A stretch of DNA of 64,000 bases from Orbicella franksi (taxonomy: Eukaryota): NCBI GenBank assembly GCA_964199315.1, contig OZ116708.1:27342001-27406000 (forward strand), in the 5' to 3' direction. Of the stretch, positions 25,501 to 35,900 are shown piece after piece (positions within the stretch are counted from its first letter, which is position 1; each line of letters starts with the position of its first letter). The notes beneath the pieces are model-generated. The model had not been told where the DNA came from. It made no database searches and saw only the letters and a list, made by a program, of their open reading frames with translations. Both the position numbers and the translations under genes were made by a program.

Positions 25501-28500
25501 GTTGTGTACCTAAGGAGCCTGGACCCCATGAACTCGCCGTGGATTATGACGGTGTACCGCTGGTTGGTAGTCCGTTCAAGTTTGACGCCGTAGAGGGAGG
25601 AGCAGATAAAGTGAAGGCGTACGGAAAAGGTAAATGTCTCTCCCCTTCACGGCTCTATTTTCTTTATCCCAACCCTTTCCTCGGTTAATTTAACTTGTCT
25701 CAAGTCGATGGACATAAAGTGAAAGCAAACGTCTGTAAATTTGCTTACTTTGCAGGGTTAGAGCGTGGATTGGCTGGAGAGCCTTGCGAATTCACCATCG
25801 TTACAAAAGACGCTGGACCAGGCGGCCTCGCTTTGGCTGTTCACGGACCAAGCAAAGCGGAGATCACGTGCACCGATAATGGAGATGGCACATGCACAGT
25901 GCAGTACGTTCCCGACGAACCTGGTAAGCCTGTGGTTCAGTTTACTTTTTTCATAAGCAGTTTTAGGTTCTGGTATCGCGCACCGAGTTCGATTCTGTAA
26001 GGGGAAAATAAATTGGAATTTAAATGCAGTGATTTTGGAGTAAGGAAATCTAGAAAGTCTGGAGAAAAATATTTAGGGAAAGAAGAGAATGCGAAGAAAA
26101 GTCATAAAGAGTTGGACACCATGGCCGAGGTTAGAATGTTAGCCATGGTTATTTTGAGAGTATTAAAATAAACGACCGGTTCATGTTCTGAAAGACTGTG
26201 ATGAAGTAACTTATTTCTAACCAGTTCGCGTGAAAGTTTTTTTTCTTTTTTCTCATATCTCACTCATCTTGCTTTTTTTTGTTTTAGGTGATTACGACAT
26301 CAGCTGTAAGTTCGCAGATAAAGACATCCCAGGGAGTCCTTTCACAGCTCACATCTACTCTAACTATGATGACCTGGATGCCGCCGCTCCTCGTCCAACA
26401 GTTGGCAAACCATGTGACGTAGAACTGAAAATCCCCGAATCATTCCGACCAGAGGACATCGCGAAGGGCGTGGTCACTGCTGAACTTGAGAGACCAAACG
26501 GACGCAAGGAACCATTGGAACCTCTCCGCGTGAACGACGATGGCACTCTAGCGGTTACGTTCATCCCGTACGAACCCGGCGAGCACTTGATCCACGTGTA
26601 CAAACGCGGACGCGAAGTTCAGAACAGTCCATTCTCGGTTATGGTACATGCGCAACGTGTTGGCGACGTATACCCCGTCGGACACACTTGTGATCTCGAT
26701 TTTAAAGTTCCCGAAGACATCGAAGATCTTGTGGCGACACTGAAGCGCCCCAGTGGTAAGGTAGAAGAGTCGTTGAAGCTACAACCCGGTCCACAGCCAG
26801 GGACAATCAGCGTGTCATTTGTACCTAGAGAGGCTGGAGAGCACTTCCTGTCCATCAAAAGAAAGAAGGACAAGAGCCCTATCGCTGGCAGTCCGTTCTC
26901 TATCCTGGTGGAGTCGGAGGAACCTGTAGAGGGCGTAGGATGCCCCGTAGACTATTGCTTCAGCTTGGATGATGTGAATCTTCCCGAGGATATCGAAAAG
27001 AACAGAATAAAGGCTACAATAAAGAGGCCATCGAGCGATATAGAAGAACCAATTGACGTGAAGCTGAACTCAGACAACACTCTTAGCTGCTCGTTTGTTC
27101 CGCGTGAAACTGGCCTTCATTACATCAACATTAGAAAGTACGGCCGACATGTGGAAGGTAGTCCATTTGTTATCAAGGTGACAGCACCAGAAGGGGTTTC
27201 AAGCGTTGGTAAGCCGTACGGAAAAGGTTTGGAGAGTCCCGATATCAACTTACCGGAAGACTACCCTAGGCTAACTGCTGCTCTGAAGAGACCGTCCAGT
27301 CCTAGAGAGGAGGAGCTGAAACTTGTCCTGAATGGAGATAACACCTTGGGCGTGGCATTCACCCCACGCGAAGAGGGCGAGCATTTGATTCATCTCAGAA
27401 AAGACAAAAAGGATGTACAGAATAGTCCTTACAGCGTGATGGTTGGAGCGAAGGAAGAGAAGGTGGAAGAGGTACATCCTATGGGACGAACGTGCGATGT
27501 GAACCTGGATATTCAAGGTGTCAAGCTGCCTGAAGACCTTGACAAAGATCTGCTTAGAGGATTCCTCAAACGGCCAAATAGCACCAAAGAGGAACCTCTT
27601 AAACTTGAAATCACCAGTGACAATTCTCTGGGCGTGTCATTCGTGCCCCAGGAACCTGGTGAACACCAGATAAGCGTCAGGAAGAAGACTCCGGACAGAA
27701 AATGGAAAGATGTGCCAGGAAGTCCCTTCTCCATCATGGTGGAAGCGGCCGAAGCAGTTAACGCTGTTGGTACACCATGTGATTGTCTCCTAGATATGCC
27801 TAGTGTACGTATCCCTGAGGATCTAAAGAAACTCACTGCGACTCTCAAGAGACCATCGAGCCGCCACGAGGAAGATCTGAAGTTGAGAGTAACATCAGAT
27901 AACAAACCTTTCGCTTCCTTCGTTCCACGCGAGCCTGGCCCGCATTTGATCAGTATCAAGAAATACGGTTCACACGTGAAGAACAGCCCATTCACTGTCA
28001 TGGTGGTCGCCCCCGAGGCTGGAAACGCCATTGGTCGGCCGTGCGGTGTTGGACTCGAGATCCCAGGACTAAAACTCCCGGATGATTACAACAACGGTCT
28101 TTTGAGTGCTAGTCTAAAGAGGCCTTCTGGGAAACCTGAGGAACCTCTCCCTCTTGCTCTCAACTCCGATAACACATTGAGCGTCTCGTTTACACCACAG
28201 GAGACTGGAGAGCACTTTGTCACGGTCAAGAAGTCTGGTAACCACGTGAATGGCAGCCCATTTTCAGTGATGGTCAGTGGTCCAGGCCCAGCTGATCCGA
28301 GCAAAGTGGTCTGCACGGGTCCAGGTAAGAACCGTTGTTTTTTATTTAAGTTAATAATGTAAACTGAAATAATTTGTTACAAGTACGTGGCGTTTATACA
28401 GAGAGACCAATAATTTCAAACTTGTACTTTTTCGTTTAGGTCTACATGACGGTGTGGCCGGTAAGCCCAGCTCTTTCACCATTAACACCCGAGATGCTGG

Positions 28501-30994
28501 CTACGGAGGACTGGGTCTTTCAATTGAGGGACCCTCCAAGGCGGAGATAAACTGTGTTGACAACGAGGATGGCACATGTACAGTGGATTATCTTCCTGTT
28601 GAACCCGGCAAGTACACGATCAATGTGAAGTTTGCCGACGAGGATGTACCCGGAAGTCCATTCACATCAAATGTCCGACCATCGGGAGATGAAATTCAAC
28701 CAGTCGAAGAGAACTTGGTAAGATTGATTGAGATAAAAACGATGAATCCGAAGCTTAGACTGATAACGTGACAATGATGCGACTTAAGAGGCTAATAAAT
28801 TGTCAAAAACATGAACACATTCTGTCGGGTTTCGATGACTGCGACGCCAAACTGTGTTCCAATTATTGAGATTTATTTCAATAAAATAAAGTTAGTGAGA
28901 GTTTCAAGTGTTAATACCAAGTGAACTGCACCTGTTAATGATGTAAAGAAAGTGAATGTTCTGTACTTAACGATCTAGGAAAAGTCATGTATGAGAACCA
29001 AAGTTTGGACAACATTTGCGCGAAAAAATTTGCCGTAGAGATGCGTTGCTGTTGGAATCTTGAAAATTTTCCTTTTTAATTTTTAGTTCGTTTCCAACAA
29101 CAAAACGTATTTTTTGTTTGCAAAGGGTGGGCGCGCGCGACTAGCATAACTGACTTTTTCAATACTCCATCTGTTTGTTGGTCGGATAAAAGCGGTGTTT
29201 TTATTGGTCAAGAGCACGTAAATGATACCCAAGCCGCGTCTCTACGTCATTAAAAACAATAGACGCCGCAGGTCCTGTCAGTTAACAAGTAAAAATACAG
29301 GTCCTTAAGCGATAATGTTGCCTAATGTTACCGTTGTTTAAGATGTGTCGAGTAAAAACTCCCCATGTATATTTCTAATTCAAAGTCTCTCAACCTAGTT
29401 CTCAATATTTCAATAACCAGTCTAAAAGGGTTAAAACTCCCTTCCCTGACAACGATATGTTTCTTGGAAATTTTACGAATTGACTGTTTTCTTCCTCTGT
29501 GTTTTGCAGGTGAGTTCGTCTGCACCAGATCAGTTCTCTGAGCCTCCACATCGAGTGTCTGAAGTTTTCGAGGATCTGGTGACGTTCGGTTCCACTCCCG
29601 CTCAGCCTCATGACTTCGTGTTTGATCTCAAAGGCTACAAGATGGACGATCTTGAAACCATGGTGATAAGCCCTGACGGAACGGAACTCGAGTCCGAGAT
29701 TATCGAAACGACACCGAAGACGTACACCATCCGCTTTGTGCCGAAAGAGAGCGGCGAACACACTATCTATGTTAGATTCAAGAGCGGAAGAAAGAAGGAC
29801 ATCCCTGGAAGTCCATTCAAGGTCTTTGTCGAGGCACCAGTGTGGGGTGGGGCTGCAAAATGCGTGGCTGCAGGTCCTGGGCTTGAAAGAGGTGTGGTGA
29901 ACCATCCGGGAGATTTCACTGTGTGGACACGTGATGCCGGTCCAGGAGGCCTTGCGATTGCAGTCGAAGGTCCTGCCAAGTCAGAGATCAAATGCACCGA
30001 CAACGGAGACGGGTCTTGCAACATTTCCTACCTACCCACCACGCCCGGGGAATACACGTGTCATATTCGGTTTGCGGATGAAGACATTCCCGGAAGTCCT
30101 TACAAGGTCCAAGTATCGCCGGAAGTGGAGGACCGCTTTAGGGATCTCAACGTCACCGACCTCGCCGAGAGCGGATTAAAGGTCAACCAGCCCGCTTCAT
30201 TCTCCGTGCAAACAAATGCAGCTGTAGGAGATGTGACTGCTTCTGTCGTGGCGCCTTCAGGGGACGAAAAAGAAGCTCAAGTGTCTAAACTCGGCGGTGG
30301 GAACTTCGCCATTCGCTTCACCCCTAGGGAATATGGGGACCACCTCGTCAATGTCCGTTTTGATGGCTCTCATATCCCCGGTAGCCCGTTCAAGATCAGG
30401 GTAGGCGGGGCAGAAGGTCATCCAGAGAAAGTCAAGGCTTATGGTGAGGGATTGAGCAAAGGAAGGGTCGGCGAATCAGCAGAGTTTACTGTGAACGCTC
30501 TGGAAGCCGGCTCAGGTGCGCTTGCTCTCTCCGTAGACGGTCCCGCTAAGGTGAAGATGAATTGCAGTGAAAATCCCGACGGTACCTATCAAGTCACGTA
30601 CAACCCGGTCGTAGCAGGCGAGTACACGATAAGAATAAAATTCGCTGGTCAAGACATCCCCGGGAGCCCGTACAACGTAACGATTTACCCGTCCGATGGT
30701 AAATACGCCAGCACGGGCGACGCGTCCAAGTGCACCTCGCGAGGAACTGGTCTTCATAGCGCTGTCCTCGGGCAGCCAAACTCCTTCACTGTCAACGCTA
30801 GCAATGCTGGTCGTGGTTCCCTGATGGTGGGTGTTGAAGGCCCTGCGATACCAGCTAAAGAAATCAACGTCAAGCACACGGGCAGCAACGTGTATGCTGT
30901 GAATTACGCCCTAGAGGAGCCTGGTACCTATGTCCTTAAAGTTCTGTGGGCAGATAAGCACATCCCTGGAAGCCCTTTTCACGTGACAGTTTAA
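1048..30994 (+). CDS. FLN: Filamin (CH1-CH2 actin-binding domain plus 28 filamin Ig repeats), 20 coding exons, about 3110 aa (about 2930 aa if started at ATG 9374)
   Basis: Exons: 1048-1575, 9362-9659, 15306-15652, 16311-16641, 17014-17427, 18015-18314, 18982-19275, 20226-20942, 21339-21551, 21713-21964, 22383-22555, 22761-23045, 23312-23543, 23995-24186, 24443-24718, 25117-25629, 25756-25923, 26288-28324, 28440-28717, 29510-30994. All introns are GT-AG, phases agree and the total is 9333 nt (divisible by 3). Hallmarks: [33 protein letters not shown], repeated GPGL...GSPF Ig motifs, C-terminal [11 protein letters not shown] dimerisation repeat. Inclusion of exon 1 is less certain than the rest. 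Confidence 0.96.
3526..3563. repeat. Imperfect (TTG)n microsatellite
   Basis: TTATTGTTGTTGTAATTGTTGTTGTTATTGTTGTTG. Confidence 0.85.
4598..4703. repeat. Fold-back (hairpin) repeat remnant
   Basis: TGAAGATATGATTGATCATCG...CGATGATCAATCATATCTTCA outer arms with an inner GCAGTTGTGAAATTAAAG/TTTAATTTCACAACTGC stem. Confidence 0.75.
5184..5221 (+). ncRNA. Minimal type I hammerhead ribozyme motif (Penelope-like element type)
   Basis: CUU-CUGAAGA-U-[GCGUGC-UGUA-GCAUGC]-GAAA-CG-UC-AAG: complete core, 6-bp stem II, palindromic ACGU mini stem III, 3-bp stem I (CUU/AAG). Preceded by a U-rich tract typical of PLE ends. Confidence 0.65.
5457..5662. mobile_element. MITE with GGGCGGAT...ATCCGCCC termini (PIF/Harbinger-like)
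   Basis: CATGGGCGGATCC...AATCCGCCCCTG inverted ends plus GGGGGAGAG/CTCTCCCCC subterminal arms. Confidence 0.7.
9190..9361 (+). promoter_or_regulatory. Candidate internal promoter/5'UTR for a short-N-terminus filamin isoform
   Basis: Reverse CCAAT (GATTGG 9198-9203), CGCGCG and GC box GGGCGG (9268-9273) in a CpG-rich patch just upstream of the exon carrying the canonical filamin Met. Confidence 0.4.
12771..12923. mobile_element. MITE (about 150 bp, long imperfect TIRs)
   Basis: TAGACCACTTTTGATGTATTAAAATTC...GAATTTTAATATATTGAAAGCAATCTA, with inner GCAGTGAGGC/GCCTCACTGT arms. Confidence 0.65.
13240..13517 (+). mobile_element. 3' end of a non-LTR retroelement with (TTAC)n tail
   Basis: AT-rich 3' region ending AAATAAAGTCA followed by (CTTA)n. 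About 85 nt of it recurs at 53540-53623, next to the N gap. Confidence 0.55.
19374..19611. mobile_element. MITE
   Basis: TTGGGCAGTTCCATTTTTTATCCACACCCC...GGGTGCGGATATAAAATGGAATGACCCAA inverted termini. Confidence 0.7.
24236..24311. mobile_element. Short hairpin MITE, CAACCTCGTTCCCAG family
   Basis: CAACCTTGTTC...GAACGAGGTTG termini. Family members at 36472-36558 and partial copies near 4428 and 24325. Confidence 0.75.
24811..24979. mobile_element. MITE with about 50-bp TIRs (AGGCCATATTCGTATTCTCGGTATTGG...)
   Basis: Near-perfect inverted arms. A second copy in opposite orientation lies at 31511-31683. Confidence 0.85.
26288..28324 (+). CDS. FLN: Filamin exon 18 (2037 nt): end of the Ig17-like repeat, seven Ig18-like repeats, start of the Ig19-like repeat
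   Basis: Uninterrupted ORF with TTTTAG| acceptor and G|GTAAGA donor. Seven units of the form G.pCd...PED....a.LkRPs...EepL.....DntL.vsF.P.E.GeH.i.vkk....v.gSPF.vmV. Confidence 0.93.
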
Positions 30995-31406
30995 ACACGC
31001 GAGAACACGCGCGTGCGCGAAACGAGAACTCTAGTCTTGTAATTAAGGACTTAAAAAAATTGAAGGAGAAATTATTTTCATTACAACTGTAAGGTTGCAC
31101 CTGAATGTTTTAAGTCGCATTTTGCAATACTAATGCTAGTTTTCTATTCTATTACAATTAAAATTTTGTTAAAAAACCCCTCGTTTGTATCACTGACTGT
31201 AGAAACTTTAGGATCTATTGTAGCTAGTGAAGCATTTTTCGGCGATACAAGTTGTAGCTATGTTGTAATTTCTAAATCGATCATCGTATTATGATAAACG
31301 CGGTAACACGTAGAAGAAAGAGCACTGTAAACTCAAATGTTTTGTTTGTTAGTTTTTCTAGCGAGATCTGTGTGATAATTTTAGGGATATTTTCTAATAA
31401 CTGACA

Positions 31407-31412
31407 AATAAA
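31407..31412 (+). terminator. Probable filamin polyadenylation signal AATAAA
   Basis: AATAAA about 410 nt after the stop codon, followed by a U/GU-rich stretch and then repeat sequence. Confidence 0.5.
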
Positions 31413-31476
31413 TTGGTTAAAGAAATTTTGTATTTTTATTGGTTACCTCTTAAAAGGCATTTCAGTGGTGCACTTT

Positions 31477-31530
31477 TCCCCGGGGGACTCCCATGAGTAA
31501 AGGTCGGAATAGGCCGTATTCGTATTCTCG

Positions 31531-31563
<33 letters not shown>

Positions 31564-31815
31564 CATGCGGGGAATATCATTAAAAAGAGGTGAATGCTAT
31601 TTGTATTTGAAAACACTCCCCGCATTAATTAGCCTCAGTTGCAAGCTAGTTCCAGTCCATTACCGGGAATACGAAGATGGCCTAATGCTCGTCGGAAATT
31701 TGAATTATACCCATAAAAGAGACTAACCTGGGCGTGGTTCGAGCTTTATTTCACCCCTAGGAGAGACGAAGAGCAAGCTCGACCTTTTCAGATGGAAGTC
31801 CCTTCCCCACGGGGC
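31477..31815. mobile_element. CCCCGGGG-type MITE with a nested AGGCC-family MITE (31511-31683)
   Basis: Outer CCCCGGGGGACTCCCA...CCCCACGGGG. The inner element is flanked by AAT on both sides. Confidence 0.7.
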
Positions 31816-32329
31816 ATTTATAGTCTTTATTCGTATTTTGAATTTAAATGTACTGTGATCCTTGTGTTCACACTTAAATTTGGTAAGTCACATTTCCACA
31901 GAGCAACAGCGTTATGTTTTTTTTGTTTTTTTCTTGGAGAATTTCAAGATCTGAATACCTGGAAAACTGTAAACATTTATAACACAACACTGAAACAAAA
32001 ACTTGCTAAAAAGATGAAATTGATTTGAAATTGTCTTCCTTAAAAACAAGTTCCCCTCTAGTCAAATCCCTGAACACTCTTGTCCGCGCGCTTTATGTAG
32101 GGTTGTTACCAAGGCGCTTCGTAGACCACGCGCGTTCGCAAAAAAAATACGACATACAGTAGTTATGAAAAGGTATTGGTGGGGTGCGAAAAACGTTTCT
32201 TTTGCTGCTTTTGTCGGTATTAGTGAACGGCAAATTTGTGAGTTTTCGATGGGGACCAAGAAAAACGTTCGTCGTAACGGAAGATGACTAGTTTCTTGTT
32301 TGTTCTAAACTATCCTCTTATATCCCTTT

Positions 32330-32420
32330 GTTTTGGATTTATCACGTGACTGTTTAGACCACTCGCATGTTATTCAGGAACCCGCAATGATTGGAATTAG
32401 CGTCCGCGCTCACCGATTAG
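32330..32420 (+). promoter_or_regulatory. Probable CADPS promoter region
   Basis: ATCACGTGAC E-box (32341-32350) and reverse CCAAT (GATTGG near 32390) in a CpG-rich context 500-600 nt upstream of the ATG. Confidence 0.4.
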
Positions 32421-32927
32421 TGCCGTTTTTTTTAGTAAGCGTCCCTCAACTAAAAAGCGTCTCCTTCCAATAACCTTACTTAACTGAGATAAAATAAAAA
32501 CAAGTTTTTGCTGTGTAGCACTTTGAATAGAATAGCATTCGTTTAAAATAACAAAAAGTGGTTATATGTGGTATTTTTAGATACCTTTCTGTAAAAACAG
32601 ACGTCCACGTTTGTTTAACGTTTCATTTACGACTGATGAAGAGGGTTTTCCCGAAACGTCTCCGAGATAAAATAGACCGACTGGACGAATGAACGTAATA
32701 TGAGCAATATGACGGGATGGGCCGAGATGGGTTCCTGTTCCGCGGGACTCTTCTGCAACCTAACGGTACTGCCGAAGTACCGGTCCAGCGGTTGCTCCTA
32801 TGAGAGTGAAAAGAGCAGTCATTTGACCATTCATTAGTCGCCCGATGTTTACTTGTTACTTCAGCAGACGTGTTCAATACACGTTCATATCGAGAGGACT
32901 GCGGAGGTTTGAACCTTCACTAGCACA

Positions 32928-35900
32928 ATGATTGCCTCGTCCTCCGACGAAGAGGATGGTGAAGATATCATCGATGGAGACGAGCACACACAGGAGCTTC
33001 TTAGCATTTATCAGCGAGGGGAGCAATTATCAGCAAACTCCACAGCTCCCACTTCTTCACCAAGTGTCAGTCCGTCATTGCATACTCCGAGCCCGACCCC
33101 TTCCGTTCTGTCAGAAGCCACAGTGTTAGAACAGCAAGAAGATGACGAAAGAAGAGAGAGGCTACAGTTGTATATTTTCGTTCTGAGGTGCATTGCATAT
33201 CCATTTAATGCTCGACAACCAACGGACATGGCTCGAAGGCACGCGAGAGTGAGCAAGCAAGATCTGGTAAAAATTAAGCAGAGATTCGAGGATTTCCTCA
33301 AAGGTGACACCAAAATTGCTTCCGACGAGGCGTTCTACAACGCAGTCCGGGCCTATTTTGATATATTCATTTGCAGTGAAAGAGTACAAAAGATGGTCAT
33401 TAGTGGAGGTTGTTCGTCCAATGATTTTCGTGAGGTTTTCAAGGCAATGATCGAGAAGCGCGTTCGAAGTCTGCCTGAAATCGACGGGATCAGTAAGGAA
33501 ACAGTGTTGAGTTCGTGGATGGCGAAAAATGATGCTATTTTTCGTGGAGAGGACGATCCGAAAAAGGGTCCCAGAATTGCAGCATCTGCTGCTTCGGAAC
33601 TGATTTTATCGAAAGAGCAGCTCTATGAAATGTTCCAGACCATCTTAGGAGTGAAAAAATACGAACACCAAATATTGTTCAATGCTTGTCAGGTATGACA
33701 TCGATATTGTGCTCTAATTAAATGTTGTACTGTGTTCTCAAGGGTTTTTGATGTGGGTTTTTAACCGTGTTGAAGATTTCGTGTGATTTCGTTTTATTAC
33801 TAAGAAACAAGAAGATCACGCACGCTTTTTAATATAAATCAAAATTAAGCTTTTTGAAATGATTATATCTTATTGCTTATTAACTGCTAAATTACTGTGT
33901 TTACACAACTGCAGGCTAGGATTTTAATTTATCGATTTATATTTTTAAATATGTATAAAATATTTTGATTCTTCATTTTGGATTTTATGTGTTTACTTGT
34001 GGTTTCCAGTAGACAAATATATGCAAAATAAGGCAATTGATCCCAGGAAGTGTTTGAGAACAAGGCAAAGACGTTAATATTAAGTTAATTGCAATTGCTG
34101 AAAGCTGCTTTGAAGAAAAAATCTCATTACAGACATTTTTGACTGAACTTACATGCAAATGTGGTTACGGTCGTTTAGCCCCTAAGTCGATTATCCCCTG
34201 GCTCGTTAGCCCCCAACCAAAAGTCGATTAGTCCCTCATTCACGCTTAAAGAACAGAAATAGACAGTTTTTACGACTTCTGGTTAGGGATGAAATGGTTA
34301 GGGGCTAAGTGACTTGGGGGCTTAACGACTAGATACCTAAGTGTTTTCCACACTTGACTAATTAAATATCGAAGAGACTAGCCATAGAAAAACAATTTAA
34401 AAACATGTATACCTATCAGAACTCAACCCTTGAGTTGACCACTTCATTAATTGAAAGTCTGTTAATGAGTTTTGGGAAAAATTGAAAATTGGAGCACTTG
34501 TAGTACAAATTGGCAAATCTTAGGTGGTTTTATAATTTTTACTTTCAAATTTACTGTTAAGTTGCAAAATCAGGCACGGCTAATCTTTGTGTTCTTGCTT
34601 TGATCAGTAAGTAGGTTGTCATACTTTGAATCTTATTTTTTTTGTCTTTAAAGCTTGACAGCGCTGATGAACAAGCAGCATGTATTCGTCGAGAACTGCA
34701 TGGAAAATATAAAGCAATTGTGGACCAGAGAAAGGTATTTGATACTTAGTTAAATGATAAGGTTGCTATTTTTAGCAGCATTATTGATTGCATGGAAAAT
34801 CATTAGTTTTAGTTTGTCATAAGGCCTGGTTCAGACTAGTTACATTATGACACAAACGATATAATGACATATCGACATAACAACATAATTGCTTTATGCC
34901 AATAATGTGAACATTCAACAACAAAGACCTAAGCAAAAGATTGTTTTTTTTCTCTCGTTATGTTGCTATATTGCTATAATCTAAGTCATTATTATTGTGA
35001 TGATGTTCACACTGTAAACACGACAATGTAAGGTTCTTCTTTTGTTATGTTTTGTCATTATGTCCCTTGTGTGAACTAGGCTTAACTTTAACCAAAGACT
35101 TTAAATGATCTTTTGTTTCTGATGTGACTAAAAGTGTTCTCTTTTTTAAATTTGGTTTTCTACAGCGTCTGCCTGGCTTTATACACAAAAATATGGAAGC
35201 ACTGTTTGTTGAAGAACAGCAATCTGCTATCAGTCAACTAATGACTAATTTGGAAAGTCAGCCAGTTACTAAAGGATCCTCTGACTCAAAGTATTCAATA
35301 CCGTTTAATAGGATCAAAGGGTATGTAGTACCATTCTTGTATTATCCTGACATTCTTCAACTCTTACACATAGAAGTTAACTTAAGGTGGCTCAAAACGG
35401 TTTCCAGCACTTTCCAAGTCATAGATTTTCATGGGTCGTTATTACCACTCTTTATCAGTTGATGCCAAAATTATGGTATCACAAAACTGCCCAATATTAT
35501 TATTGGTGAAGAGGCTGGTGTTATTTTCATGACACAACAGGTTGCCATAGTAACCCTCTGGCCTGCTAAAAACATCCTTAATTTTAACTTTAAGTACATG
35601 TACTTACAATTCAAGAATGTCATGGTGACCTATAGCCCAAATAAGGGAGTACCCACCCTCCAACCCTGGGAGTGAGTGTCTGCATAAGGGAGTTGTCCAG
35701 GATCAACTTTTCCAGCTGGAACCCTATTGGTCTTATTGCATGCAATTAATCCCTAGACCTCAGAACACAATTTCCATGGTTGAGGCGCAAGATGATGTGG
35801 ATTCAATACTGTCCAAGTCTGATGTCATGCTGAATTTCACCATTGAGGTAATAATTTGACTTATTTATTGACTGAGTCAGAGGGCTGGACTGAGGCCAGT

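Noticed and set aside
26364-28316. Antisense ORFs over filamin exons (for example 27513-28031 and 30512-30877)
   Set aside because: Expected shadows of a GC-rich coding strand, with no independent start, splice or domain evidence.
26288-28324. Exon 18 as a skippable cassette (phase 1-1, length divisible by 3)
   Set aside because: Skipping would remove the C-terminal strands of the Ig17-like and the first strand of the Ig19-like domain, so it is unlikely to give a folded product.
29501-29515. AG|GTGAGT recursive-splice-like motif at the start of filamin exon 20 (also CADPS 43358)
   Set aside because: Explained by Val-Ser codons at the exon start. In CADPS the VS is conserved protein sequence, and both introns are short.
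30164-30166. Homolog of the FLNA Q/R A-to-I recoding site at the start of Ig22
   Set aside because: The aligned residue (FLNA SSLQESG versus TDLAESG here) is Ala (GCC) and no intron follows, so the vertebrate-type editing site is absent. The nearby CAG in VNQP is a different Gln.
32085-32115. Telomerase-template-like AACCCTA on the minus strand
   Set aside because: The sequence is AACCCTAC, not the CTAACCCTAA-type 1.5-repeat template, and no pseudoknot or H/ACA context is seen.
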